A stretch of DNA of 64,000 nucleotides from Candidatus Omnitrophota bacterium (GTDB taxonomy: Bacteria; Omnitrophota; Gorgyraeia; Gygaellales; Profunditerraquicolaceae), in contig DAONDX010000009.1 of the NCBI GenBank assembly GCA_035402765.1, positions 10,350 through 74,349 on the forward strand. Direction: 5' to 3'. The position numbers were made by a program, and so were the translations under genes. Under the pieces are notes generated by a model. It saw only the letters and a program-made list of their open reading frames with translations, was not told where the DNA came from and made no database searches. This document shows, piece by piece, positions 37,185-46,926 of the stretch. Every line of letters begins with the position of its first letter. Within the stretch, counting starts at the first letter, position 1.

Positions 37185-37222
37185 ATCGCTTATAGCTAAC
37201 TTAGATTTCGGATTTAACCATC

Positions 37223-38662
37223 ATGCCTATCTTTATATATAATTCCCTCAAAAGAGAAAAAGAAGAATTTATTCCTCTGGACCCTAAAGGCAAAGAGGTT
37301 AAAATGTATGTCTGCGGCCCGACGGTTTATGATGCGCCGCATATCGGCCACGCCCGCAGCGCTTACATATTTGATGTAGTCAGAAGGTATTTAGAATACC
37401 GGGACTATAAAGTTAAGTTTGTCAGAAATGTGACGGATGTTGATGATAAAATTATTGATAAAGCGAAAAAAGAATATGCGGGAGAAGATCTGAATTCTGC
37501 CGTGAGCAAAGTTTCTGCCAAATATCTTGATCTCTACCATGAAGATATGAAAAGCTTAGGCATTCTTGATCCGGATGTTGAGCCTAAGGCTACCGAATAT
37601 GTATGCCCGGATAAACCTTTAATGCAGAAATTTATCCAGCAATTGATTGATAAGGGCTGCGCCTATGTTTCCGAAGGCGATGTGTATTTTGATATCAAAA
37701 AAGCCAAAGGCTATGGCAAGTTGTCTAACCAGGCGATAGAAAAAATGGAATCCGGAGCAAGGATCGCGCTCGGTGAAAAAAAGAAAGATCCGCTGGATTT
37801 CGCGTTATGGAAATCCGCTAAGCCCGGAGAGCCGGCTTGGGATAGCCCTTGGGGGCTTGGCCGTCCGGGCTGGCATATAGAGTGTTCGGTAATGAGTTCG
37901 GATATTTTAGGGGATGAATTTGATATTCACGGGGGAGGAATTGACCTTATTTTCCCGCACCATGAAAATGAAATCGCTCAGTCTGAGGGCGCCGGTAAAA
38001 AATTTGCCCATTACTGGATACATCACGGTTTACTGACCATTAATGGCCAGAAGATGTCCAAGTCTTTAGGGAATTTTATAACGGTAAAAGATTTTATTAA
38101 TAAACACAAATATTCTGATTTATTGAAACTGTTATTTCTTTCTACGCATTATTCCCACCCCGTAGATTATACAGAGGAAAAGGTCGAAGAAGCCAAAAGC
38201 GCCTACGCCGGGATTATAAACTTAATGCATAGGTTAGATAAGGAATACGGCTCTCGACAGAAGATTAGCGGAGGCGGCAGCGGAGCCATCCAGCAGTTTA
38301 AAATAAGATTTGATGAATACATGGATGATGATTTTAATACTCCCCGGGCTCTTTCTGTGCTTTTTGAAATGGTAAAACTTTGTAATATAGAGTTTGATAG
38401 TAAGGATGTCCATAAGGCAGAAAAATTAAATTACGCATTTTCAGTAATTAAAGAAATGGCAGAAATTTTAGGCTTGGATTTTATTATTGATGTCCCTAAA
38501 GAAATTTCTGATGATGACATAGAGTTTAAGATTTCCGCAAGGAAGGTTTTAAAGGGAGAAAAGAAATTTACTGAGGCTGATCAGGTTAGAAAAGAATTAG
38601 AGTCCAAAGGTATAATTCTAGAAGATACTAAAGATGGCACAACTTGGCGAAGAAAATTATGA
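37223..38662 (+). CDS. cysS: Cysteinyl-tRNA synthetase
   Basis: HIGHARS and KMSKS class I motifs are present. Confidence 0.95.
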   Translation: MPIFIYNSLKREKEEFIPLDPKGKEVKMYVCGPTVYDAPHIGHARSAYIFDVVRRYLEYRDYKVKFVRNVTDVDDKIIDKAKKEYAGEDLNSAVSKVSAKYLDLYHEDMKSLGILDPDVEPKATEYVCPDKPLMQKFIQQLIDKGCAYVSEGDVYFDIKKAKGYGKLSNQAIEKMESGARIALGEKKKDPLDFALWKSAKPGEPAWDSPWGLGRPGWHIECSVMSSDILGDEFDIHGGGIDLIFPHHENEIAQSEGAGKKFAHYWIHHGLLTINGQKMSKSLGNFITVKDFINKHKYSDLLKLLFLSTHYSHPVDYTEEKVEEAKSAYAGIINLMHRLDKEYGSRQKISGGGSGAIQQFKIRFDEYMDDDFNTPRALSVLFEMVKLCNIEFDSKDVHKAEKLNYAFSVIKEMAEILGLDFIIDVPKEISDDDIEFKISARKVLKGEKKFTEADQVRKELESKGIILEDTKDGTTWRRKL

Positions 38663-39267
38663 AAGGCAAATTCATCACATTTGAAGGCTCCGAGGGCTGC
38701 GGCAAAAGCACGCAGTCTGAGATGCTGTTTACTTATCTTAAAAGTAAAGGGCATAAGGTGATTTATTTGCGTGAGCCCGGCGGGGTAAAGTTAAGTGAAA
38801 ATATCAGGACAATCCTGCTGGATCCTAAAAATAAGATATCGGCTCCGGCTGAAACTTTACTTTATATGGCTGCCCGGGCCCAGGTTGTTGATGAGATAAT
38901 TAAGCCGGCCCTGGAAGAGGGTAAGACAGTGGTTTGCGACCGGTTTCTCGATTCAACTGTCGCTTACCAGGGGTTTGGGTTGGGTGTAGATATAAAGTTA
39001 ATTAAAGTTATCGGTGATTTTGCTACTCAAAGTATACAACCGGATTTGACTATTTTTTTAGACTTACCGCTTGAAAAGGGGCTAGAGTGCCGTAATAATT
39101 GCCCGGACCGCATTGAACAGCGTAGTTTAAGTTACCATGAAAAGGTCCGCCAGGGGTATCTGACGCTGGCCGAACAAGAGCCGGGCAGGATTAAAGTCGT
39201 AAAAGTTTTAGCGGATAAACTGGATACACAGAATAAAATCCGGGAGATCGTTCTCAATGCGTTTTAA
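38659..39267 (+). CDS. tmk: Thymidylate kinase
   Basis: P-loop FEGSEGCGKST is present. The ATG overlaps the cysS stop (ATGA). Confidence 0.85.
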   Translation: MKGKFITFEGSEGCGKSTQSEMLFTYLKSKGHKVIYLREPGGVKLSENIRTILLDPKNKISAPAETLLYMAARAQVVDEIIKPALEEGKTVVCDRFLDSTVAYQGFGLGVDIKLIKVIGDFATQSIQPDLTIFLDLPLEKGLECRNNCPDRIEQRSLSYHEKVRQGYLTLAEQEPGRIKVVKVLADKLDTQNKIREIVLNAF

Positions 39268-40216
39268 TGAAGTTTTAGGACATGACCGCGCGTTAAGCAT
39301 TGTTAAAGCGCATTTAGCTAATAACCGTTTTTCCGGAGCATATATCTTCAGCGGCCCGGAAGGGATCGGAAAGAAGATGGTGGCTAAAATTATCGCGCAA
39401 TATCTTAATTGCACCGGCCAAGGCGATTGGCCGTGTGAAAATTGCGGTTCATGTTTAAAGATCCAGAAAGAGCAGCATCCTGATCTGCATATAATTCAAA
39501 ATGAACAGTCCCAGATTAAAATCGAGGATATCCGCCAGATCCTAAGGCAGGCAAATTTTCGCCCGTATGAAGGCAGGGCTAAAGTTTTTATTATCGATAA
39601 TGCGCATAAATTAAATATTGAAGCGGCTAATTCTTTACTTAAAGTGTTAGAAGAGCCGCCTAAAGATGTGCTGATTATTTTAATTACCCATAAGCCTCAA
39701 AATATCATTAAAACCGTGCTTTCCCGCTGTAAGGTCATAAAATTTCCGCCTTTGGTCAGGTCTGAGTTAGAAGAAATTTTAGTAAAGCAATACGCTTTAG
39801 ATAGGACTTCGGCGCATTTTTTGGCTTATTACGCAGAAGGCCGTTTAGGTTTGGCTTTAAAATTAAAGGATACTCCTTTGTTGCAGGAAAAGAATAAGCT
39901 CTTCGATGCTTTTATCCTTTCGGCAAAACCTTTGGATCGGAGTATCATGAGCCAGAATAAAGAACAATTGCAGGTAAGCTTGAATATTCTGGCTTCCTGG
40001 TTTCGGGATATCTATTTATTGAAATGCGGAGCAAGCGAAAAAGAGACAATTCATTTAGACCGGCATAGCGATTTACTAAAGCTAATACCCAAGTTTTCTT
40101 TTAAGCAGCTGGATGATATTATGCTGGCGCTTTCAGAAAGCTCTTTGTATCTGGAAAAGAATATTAACAGTAAATTGCTTTTGCATAATTTGGGGGCGCA
40201 ACTATGGAAGGTATGA
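39257..40216 (+). CDS. holB: DNA polymerase III delta-prime subunit
   Basis: It is AAA+ clamp-loader-like (GPEGIGKKMVA) with a zinc module CTGQGDWPCENCGSC. Confidence 0.8.
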   Translation: MRFNEVLGHDRALSIVKAHLANNRFSGAYIFSGPEGIGKKMVAKIIAQYLNCTGQGDWPCENCGSCLKIQKEQHPDLHIIQNEQSQIKIEDIRQILRQANFRPYEGRAKVFIIDNAHKLNIEAANSLLKVLEEPPKDVLIILITHKPQNIIKTVLSRCKVIKFPPLVRSELEEILVKQYALDRTSAHFLAYYAEGRLGLALKLKDTPLLQEKNKLFDAFILSAKPLDRSIMSQNKEQLQVSLNILASWFRDIYLLKCGASEKETIHLDRHSDLLKLIPKFSFKQLDDIMLALSESSLYLEKNINSKLLLHNLGAQLWKV

Positions 40217-41010
40217 TCCTGGTTCAACTTAATAATTCCGGTATTGTTCAATTTTATCAGGCGGGTAATTTAAACTTAAAAGTCGGCGATTATGTGATTG
40301 TTGAACATGACCGAGGCCTGGATTGCGGCTGCGTAATCCCTAATTGTAAAGCGCATTGCGGGCATGAAGATATGCCTAAAGAGCTGCCTAAAAAAATAAT
40401 CCGCCTGGCCAAGGAAAGCGACCTTAAGCAGGTTGCGGATAATGCTATTCGCGCCAAAGAAGCGTTTAACGCCTGTGAAAAGAAGATCTTTGAGCACAAG
40501 CTGGATATGAAATTGGTAAAAGCGGAGTATTCTTTCGACCGCTCCAAGATCCTGTTTTATTTTACTTCTGACGGCCGGGTGGATTTCCGTGACCTGGTTA
40601 AAGATTTAGCTAAAGTATTTAAAGCTCGCATTGAATTAAGGCAGATCGGAGTCAGGGATGAAGCCCGGCTTTTCGGCGGGTACGGTTCCTGCGGACGTGA
40701 GCTTTGCTGTAAAAAATTCTTAAAAGATTTTGAGCCGGTAACCATCAAGATGGCTAAAGAAGAGGGGCTGCCGCTTAATCCTCCTAAAATTTCCGGATTA
40801 TGCGGCAGGTTAATGTGTTGTTTATCTTATGAATATGAAACTTATAAGCTGCTTTCTAAAGGATTGCCGCGCGAGGGTGAACATTTAAGTACCCCTGAAG
40901 GCAAGGGTAAAGTAATGAATGTAAATGTTTTTAAACGCCTGGTCGGCGTGCAGCTGGATGAAGGCGGTTATATCGAGGTAAGCTATAAGGAAAAAGAACA
41001 TGTCAAATAA
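40204..41010 (+). CDS. ricT: PSP1 C-terminal domain protein (RicT/YaaT family)
   Basis: A PSP1 domain with conserved Cys clusters (CGRELCC...CGRLMCC) is present. It follows holB, as in Bacillus. Confidence 0.75.
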   Translation: MEGMILVQLNNSGIVQFYQAGNLNLKVGDYVIVEHDRGLDCGCVIPNCKAHCGHEDMPKELPKKIIRLAKESDLKQVADNAIRAKEAFNACEKKIFEHKLDMKLVKAEYSFDRSKILFYFTSDGRVDFRDLVKDLAKVFKARIELRQIGVRDEARLFGGYGSCGRELCCKKFLKDFEPVTIKMAKEEGLPLNPPKISGLCGRLMCCLSYEYETYKLLSKGLPREGEHLSTPEGKGKVMNVNVFKRLVGVQLDEGGYIEVSYKEKEHVK

Positions 41011-42499
41011 ATTCTATATTACGACGCCTATTTATTATGTGAATGCTTCTCCGCATATCGGGCATTCTTATACCACTATCGCCGCGGATGTTTTAACCAG
41101 GTTTAAACGCCGGGTTTTGGGTAAAGAAAATGTCCGGTTCCTGACCGGTACCGATGAACACGGCCAAAAGATCCAGAAAGCCGCCGATGCCGCCAAACTT
41201 TCGGCCCAAAGTTTTGTCGATCAAACAAGCCAGCAGTTCAGGGACCTTTGGAAATCGCTGGATGTTTCTTATGACGATTTTATCCGTACGACACAGCCGC
41301 GGCATGTTAAAGTCGTGCAGAAGTGTTTGGAGATCATTTTTAAAAAGGGCGATATTTATGAAGGTAAATATGAAGGATTATATTGCACTCCTTGTGAAAC
41401 ATTCTGGCTTGAAGCCCAGGCTGTAGGAGGCTTGTGCCCGGATTGCCATCGGCCGGTGGAGCGGATTGTGGAAACCAACTACTTTTTTAAATTGACCAAA
41501 TACCAGGATTGGCTTTTAGGCTATCTTAGGGAGAACCCGGATTTTATTAAGCCCGGCAGCCGCTACGAAGAAACTCTGCGCTTTCTGGAGTTAAATAAAT
41601 TAAATGATTTATGTATTTCCCGGCCTAAAGAAAGGCTTAGTTGGGGGATACCTTTACCTTTTGCTCCGGAGCATGTGACCTATGTTTGGTTTGACGCTTT
41701 AGTCAATTATATTAGCGCAGTCGGTGAATTCGATGCCCGGGATAATTATGTTTCTAAATGGTGGCCGGCTGAATTACATTTGATGGCCAAGGATATTTTA
41801 AGGCAGCATACAGTGTATTGGCCGATAATGCTGCACGCTTTAAATATCGAGCTTCCTAAGAGAGTGTTTGCGCATGGCTGGTGGATGTTGAATGAAGATA
41901 AGATGTCTAAATCCAGGGGTAACGTGGTTAATCCGCTTGAGATGGTGGAAAAATACGGTTTGGATGCCTATCGATATTTTCTTCTGCGGGAGGTTCCTTT
42001 CGGCCTGGACGGTAACTTTTCGGAAGAAGGGATCATTAAACGTTATAACAGCGATTTAGCCAATGACCTGGGGAATTTAGTTTATCGTACCCTGACAATG
42101 GTAGAGAAATATTTTGACGGAAATATTCCTGATCTAAAATTAAACGGCAGTACCAAATCGGTTGCAGAAATTTTAGCAAAGATAGAGCATTTGCCAGTGC
42201 GGGTTTTTTCGGCCCTGGATGAACAAAATTTTAGTTTGGCGCTGGAATCAATTTGGGAATTAATCGGCATGGCCAATAAGCATGTTGAAGAAACTAAACC
42301 TTGGAATTTAGCTAAAGAAAATAAGCAGGAAGACTTAAAAGAATTTATCCGCCTGTTAGTTGATGTGATCCGGGCAGTAGCCGATAAACTGGAAATTTTT
42401 ATTCCCCAGACCGCTGCATCGATCCAGGAGCAGTTTGTTGGAGATAAGGTTAAAAAAGGTAACCCGTTATTTCCGCGCATCGAAACTAAAAAGAAGTAG
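41000..42499 (+). CDS. metG: Methionyl-tRNA synthetase (short form, no C-terminal tRNA-binding domain)
   Basis: HIGHSYT and KMSKS are present, with a zinc knuckle CTPCE...CPDCH. Confidence 0.95.
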   Translation: MSNKFYITTPIYYVNASPHIGHSYTTIAADVLTRFKRRVLGKENVRFLTGTDEHGQKIQKAADAAKLSAQSFVDQTSQQFRDLWKSLDVSYDDFIRTTQPRHVKVVQKCLEIIFKKGDIYEGKYEGLYCTPCETFWLEAQAVGGLCPDCHRPVERIVETNYFFKLTKYQDWLLGYLRENPDFIKPGSRYEETLRFLELNKLNDLCISRPKERLSWGIPLPFAPEHVTYVWFDALVNYISAVGEFDARDNYVSKWWPAELHLMAKDILRQHTVYWPIMLHALNIELPKRVFAHGWWMLNEDKMSKSRGNVVNPLEMVEKYGLDAYRYFLLREVPFGLDGNFSEEGIIKRYNSDLANDLGNLVYRTLTMVEKYFDGNIPDLKLNGSTKSVAEILAKIEHLPVRVFSALDEQNFSLALESIWELIGMANKHVEETKPWNLAKENKQEDLKEFIRLLVDVIRAVADKLEIFIPQTAASIQEQFVGDKVKKGNPLFPRIETKKK

Positions 42500-42501
42500 T
42501 C

Positions 42502-43263
42502 ATGCTGATTGATACGCATTGTCATTTAGATTTTCCCGCCTTTGATCCGGACCGTGACCAGGTTATCCGGCGCGCCTTGGATACAGAAATAAAATATTTT
42601 ATTAATATTGGCGCCACCCTGGAGTCTTCGGCCGCCGCAGTAGCCCTGGCCGGCAAATACCCGGAAGTTTATGCCAGCGTCGGCGTGCATCCGCATGATG
42701 CGGATACTTTTGATCTGGCCGCGGAAGGCCTGTTAAGGCAGCTGGCCGCCGGAAAAAAAGTAGTGGCGATCGGAGAAACGGGGCTGGATTATTACCGGAA
42801 TCTCTCCAGCCGGGAAAATCAAAAGCGGGTATTTTGTAAACAGATTGATCTAGCCAAAGAGCTGGATTTACCACTAGTAATACATTCTCGGGAGGCTTTT
42901 GAAGAAACCCTGCAGATTTTAAAGCCGGCTTTACCTTTGCGGGCTGTAGTGCATTGTTTCTCCGGAGATGAGAATTTTTTAAAAGCCTGTTTGGATTACG
43001 GATTTTTTATTTCTTACACCTGTAATATTACTTATAAAAAAGCCGCATTTTTAAGAGAGATGGTTAATTTAACTCCCTTGGATAGGTTGATGCTGGAAAC
43101 TGACGCTCCTTATTTGTCTCCGGAAGGGTCGCGCGGCCAGCGCAATGAACCGGCTCAGATTGAATTATTAGCCCGGCAGGTCAGCCAAATTAAAGGGGTT
43201 AGTTTTGAGAAAATAGCGGATCAAACTACTTGTAACGCCAAAGGATTTTTTAATCTGAAATGA
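42502..43263 (+). CDS. tatD: TatD-family metal-dependent DNase
   Basis: IDTHCHLDF and conserved His/Asp/Glu metal ligands are present. Confidence 0.85.
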   Translation: MLIDTHCHLDFPAFDPDRDQVIRRALDTEIKYFINIGATLESSAAAVALAGKYPEVYASVGVHPHDADTFDLAAEGLLRQLAAGKKVVAIGETGLDYYRNLSSRENQKRVFCKQIDLAKELDLPLVIHSREAFEETLQILKPALPLRAVVHCFSGDENFLKACLDYGFFISYTCNITYKKAAFLREMVNLTPLDRLMLETDAPYLSPEGSRGQRNEPAQIELLARQVSQIKGVSFEKIADQTTCNAKGFFNLK

Positions 43264-44384
43264 GCGCAAAGATCTCAGTTGTTAAATGTAATGGTTATCA
43301 TCCGGAGTTAGTCTTGCAGGCAACCAGAAGATCGCTTGAGCTTTTGGGCGGGATTGAAGCGTTTATTAAACCCAATTCCAGCGTATTAGTTAAGCCGAAT
43401 CTTTTATTGTCAAAGAGCCCGGAGTATGGGATTACTACGCATCCGGAAGTGGTTAGGGCGGTGATCCGGATATTAAAAGAAATTGGCTGTAAAATTACCG
43501 TAGGCGATGGTCCGAGCGTCTGGGGCCAGTATATTGAAAATGCGGATGAAGTCTATGCCGCTACCGGGATAAAAGGAGTTTGCCGGGATGAAGATGTAAG
43601 GCTGGTAAATTTTGATAAACGCCGGATGCATAATAAATTCCCCCTTACCAGCTGGCTGGATGAGTGTGATTATTTAGTCAATCTGCCTAAATTTAAAACT
43701 CACGAGTTTACTTTAATAACCGGAGGGATAAAAAATCTTTTCGGTTTGGTTTCCGGTACCTTTAAAATTGAGCTGCATAAGAGTCATTTTGCGCCGGCGG
43801 ATTTTTCAAAAGTCCTGGTCGATATTTATCAGGAGGTAAGGCCGCATTTAACGATTATTGACGGGATATTAGCCATGGAAGGGGACGGGCCTTCTACCAG
43901 CGGAAAAACCCGCCAACTTAATCTCCTGCTTGCCGGTTATGATTGCGTAGCTTTGGATACAGTAATGGCCGAAATAATGGGCATTGCTCCGGGAGCGGTG
44001 CTTTCGACAAAAGAAGCGGTATTACGTAATTTAGGGGAAGGCCAGCTAAGCAATATCCGGATCGTCGGTGAAGACATTAAAAAATTAAATATCCGGCCGT
44101 TTATTTTACCGAAAAATTCAACCCTGGTAAGTAAGATCCCCGGCCCGATTAAGAAAATAATTAAAGCGTTAGTTAAATATTATCCTTATTCACTACGCCT
44201 GAAATGTACGCGTTGCGGTCATTGCGTTAAAGTTTGTCCGCAAAAATGCATCCGGCTGAAAAAACAAGGGATTAATTTCGATTATAAAAGATGTATTGCC
44301 TGCTTTTGCTGTCAGGAAGCTTGTCCGGAAGCCGCCATCGGCGTAAAGAAGAGCCTTCTGGCTAAATTAATTGAATTTATTTAA
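43260..44384 (+). CDS. DUF362 domain protein with two C-terminal 4Fe-4S ferredoxin motifs
   Basis: A DUF362-like N-terminal region is followed by CTRCGHCVKVCP and CIACFCCQEACP. Confidence 0.6.
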   Translation: MSAKISVVKCNGYHPELVLQATRRSLELLGGIEAFIKPNSSVLVKPNLLLSKSPEYGITTHPEVVRAVIRILKEIGCKITVGDGPSVWGQYIENADEVYAATGIKGVCRDEDVRLVNFDKRRMHNKFPLTSWLDECDYLVNLPKFKTHEFTLITGGIKNLFGLVSGTFKIELHKSHFAPADFSKVLVDIYQEVRPHLTIIDGILAMEGDGPSTSGKTRQLNLLLAGYDCVALDTVMAEIMGIAPGAVLSTKEAVLRNLGEGQLSNIRIVGEDIKKLNIRPFILPKNSTLVSKIPGPIKKIIKALVKYYPYSLRLKCTRCGHCVKVCPQKCIRLKKQGINFDYKRCIACFCCQEACPEAAIGVKKSLLAKLIEFI

Positions 44385-44387
44385 TTC

Positions 44388-45443
44388 ATGCGTATCCGCA
44401 CTATAGACTGGAAGAATAATAAGATCAGGATTATTGATCAATCGCAAATACCGCTGAAAGTAGTTTATCTTGATCTTAATTGTCTGAAAGATCTTTGGCA
44501 GGCGATCAAGTCCATGCGGGTGCGCGGCGCTCCGGCTTTAGGTGCCGCCGCCGGATTAGGAATGTATCTGGGGGTAAAGAGTTGTGTTTGTTCTGATTGG
44601 ACCGGATTCAGCCGGAGATTGAATACGGTAGCAAAATTCCTGGGTAGTTCCCGGCCGACTGCCAGGAATTTATTCTGGGGGATTGAAAGAATAAAAGCAA
44701 CCGCCCTGGCTAATAAAGAAAGGCCTGTCGCTAAGATCAAACAGGCTATTTTAGCCGAGGCCCTGTCGATTATGCGCCAGGATATGGCCGCTTGCCGTAA
44801 GCTCGGTGATTACGGAGCCAAGCTGCTTAAAAATAATAACCGGGTATTAACGATCTGTAATGCCGGAATATTGGCGACCATTGATTATGGCACTGCCTTG
44901 GGAGTTATTTATTCTGCCTGCGCGCAAGGCAAACAGATAAAAGTTTTTGCCTCAGAAACGCGGCCTTTATTGCAGGGTGGGCGGCTATCCTCATGGGAGT
45001 TGCATAAACAAGGTATCGATGTTACTTTAATTCCGGATAATACTGCCGCCAAACTCATGCAAGATGGCCAGATCGATATGGTGATTACCGGAGCAGACCG
45101 GATTGCTGCTAATGGTGATACCGCCAATAAGATCGGTACTTTAAATCTGGCAGTTTTGGCTAAATACCACAAGGTGCCTTTTTATGTTGCTGCGCCTAAA
45201 ACTACCTTTGATTTGGCGCTTCAAGATAAAACCGGAATCAAGATCGAAATGCGCAAAGCCCAGGAGGTAAGCAGTATTCTTTTCAGAAGAAAAGTCGCTC
45301 CGCAAGGAGCCAAAATACTTAATCCGGCTTTTGATGTAACCGCGCACCAGTTGATTAGCGGCATAATTACGGATGAGGGGATTATCCGGCCGCCGTATTT
45401 ACAAAATATCAGGAAAATTTTAAAGGAAAATAAATGCAAATAA
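44388..45443 (+). CDS. mtnA: S-methyl-5-thioribose-1-phosphate isomerase (eIF-2B alpha/beta/delta family)
   Basis: MtnA/e2b2-like sequence is recognised from CNAGILATIDYGTALG and TGADRIAANGDTANKIGT. Confidence 0.75.
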   Translation: MRIRTIDWKNNKIRIIDQSQIPLKVVYLDLNCLKDLWQAIKSMRVRGAPALGAAAGLGMYLGVKSCVCSDWTGFSRRLNTVAKFLGSSRPTARNLFWGIERIKATALANKERPVAKIKQAILAEALSIMRQDMAACRKLGDYGAKLLKNNNRVLTICNAGILATIDYGTALGVIYSACAQGKQIKVFASETRPLLQGGRLSSWELHKQGIDVTLIPDNTAAKLMQDGQIDMVITGADRIAANGDTANKIGTLNLAVLAKYHKVPFYVAAPKTTFDLALQDKTGIKIEMRKAQEVSSILFRRKVAPQGAKILNPAFDVTAHQLISGIITDEGIIRPPYLQNIRKILKENKCK

Positions 45444-46330
45444 AAGATATCGGCGAATTTGGATTAATTAAAAGATTTCAGAAAATGATTAAAGTTAATT
45501 CTTCGGTCATTGAGGGCAGCGGTGATGATTGCGCGGTTTTAAAATACAACCGGAGCAGTTATCAATTATTTACCTGCGACATGATCGTAGAGGGGGTAGA
45601 TTTTTATAAAACCGCCGATTTTAGATTAGTGGGGAGGAAGGCTTTAGCGGTATCGATTAGCGATATTGCTGCCTGCGGCGGAATCCCAAAACATGCGGTA
45701 GTATCCTTAGGCCTGCCTAAACATACTCCGGTTAGCCGGGTAGATCTTTTAGCTAAAGGCCTATTCGGCCTGGCGAATAAATTTAATATTAATATTGTCG
45801 GAGGAGATATTTCGGTTTCGGATAAATTGATTATTGATGTGAGTATGCTGGGAGAGGTGGCTTGTGATAAACTTTGTTTACGCCGGGGGGCTAAGCCCGG
45901 TGATATCCTGATGGTGACTGGAGAATTCGGCGGATCAATTAAAGGCAAGCATCTGAAATTTACGCCGCGTTTAAAAGAAGCGCAATTTTTAGTGAATCAT
46001 TTTAAGATTAATGCCATGATTGATGTTTCCGACGGCTTGCTCCAGGATCTCGGGCATATTTTAAAACAGAGTTCGGTGGGGGCGGTTTTATATGAGACCC
46101 TTCTTCCTTTAAGTAAGCAGGCTCAAGGCACGGATGAGGCGCTTTGTTCGGGGGAAGAGTTTGAGCTGCTTTTTTGCGCTTCCCGTGATCAGGCGGGTAA
46201 AATTATCAAGAACGCGAAATACCGTTTTAAGGTCATCGGGGAAATTATGCCGGAAGCATTCGGTCTAAGATTAATTAACTATAAAAATAAATATTCTAAG
46301 CTTAAGCTGAAAGGTTATCGCCATTTTTGA
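45434..46330 (+). CDS. thiL: Thiamine-monophosphate kinase
   Basis: The AIR-synthase-related fold is present with GDDCAVL and GGDIS. Confidence 0.8.
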   Translation: MQIKDIGEFGLIKRFQKMIKVNSSVIEGSGDDCAVLKYNRSSYQLFTCDMIVEGVDFYKTADFRLVGRKALAVSISDIAACGGIPKHAVVSLGLPKHTPVSRVDLLAKGLFGLANKFNINIVGGDISVSDKLIIDVSMLGEVACDKLCLRRGAKPGDILMVTGEFGGSIKGKHLKFTPRLKEAQFLVNHFKINAMIDVSDGLLQDLGHILKQSSVGAVLYETLLPLSKQAQGTDEALCSGEEFELLFCASRDQAGKIIKNAKYRFKVIGEIMPEAFGLRLINYKNKYSKLKLKGYRHF

Positions 46331-46797
46331 TGGAAAAATTGTCTATATCGGTTAATCAAACATTAAGATTAGGTAAACGGATCGCCGCTAATCTTTCCGG
46401 CGGAGAGATTATCCTTTTATCCGGACAGTTGGGAGCGGGAAAGACGATTTTAGCCAAAGGAATCGCTCAAGGGTTAGGGATCAATAAGGATGATGTGGTC
46501 AGTCCGACCTTTGTTTTATTGAGGCTTTATCCAGGGAAGCTTCTCTTACAGCATTTTGATTTTTACCGTATTAAAAGCCCGCAAGATATTTTTGCTTTAG
46601 GTTATCAGGAATATTTGTATTCTGATGCCGTAACGGTTATCGAGTGGCCCGAACGTTTAAAATTCCTCTTGCCAAAGGAATTTTTAAAGATTAAGCTAGT
46701 GCTTAAAGCTAAAGATCAAAGATATTTTAAATTCACGGCTAAAGGCCCCAGGTATAAAGAATTGCTAAAAAAGATTCAGGCCTCTTGTATTTTCTAA
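46327..46797 (+). CDS. tsaE: tRNA threonylcarbamoyladenosine biosynthesis ATPase TsaE
   Basis: P-loop GQLGAGKT is present. Confidence 0.85.
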   Translation: MMEKLSISVNQTLRLGKRIAANLSGGEIILLSGQLGAGKTILAKGIAQGLGINKDDVVSPTFVLLRLYPGKLLLQHFDFYRIKSPQDIFALGYQEYLYSDAVTVIEWPERLKFLLPKEFLKIKLVLKAKDQRYFKFTAKGPRYKELLKKIQASCIF

Positions 46798-46856
46798 ATA
46801 GTTATTGTTTAAAAAGAAGAAGGGAATGGTTATAAATAAAAGAAGGCAGGGATGAA

Positions 46857-46926
46857 CCCCGCACCTTCTAGTTATCCAATATGAAAGTCGCATGGTTTTA
46901 TGATTAAATAGAAAGAAGGTGCGGGG
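46857..46926. repeat. Intergenic hairpin element, copy 2 (perfect 13-bp stem CCCCGCACCTTCT / AGAAGGTGCGGGG with a 44-nt AT-rich loop)
   Basis: The 3' arm contains the tsaB RBS (GAAGGTG) and ends at the GTG start codon. Confidence 0.65.

Noticed and set aside
37136-37222. T-box leader upstream of cysS
   Set aside because: The T-box consensus (AGGGTGGNACCGCG) and specifier-loop architecture are absent. Only a single perfect hairpin is present, reported separately.
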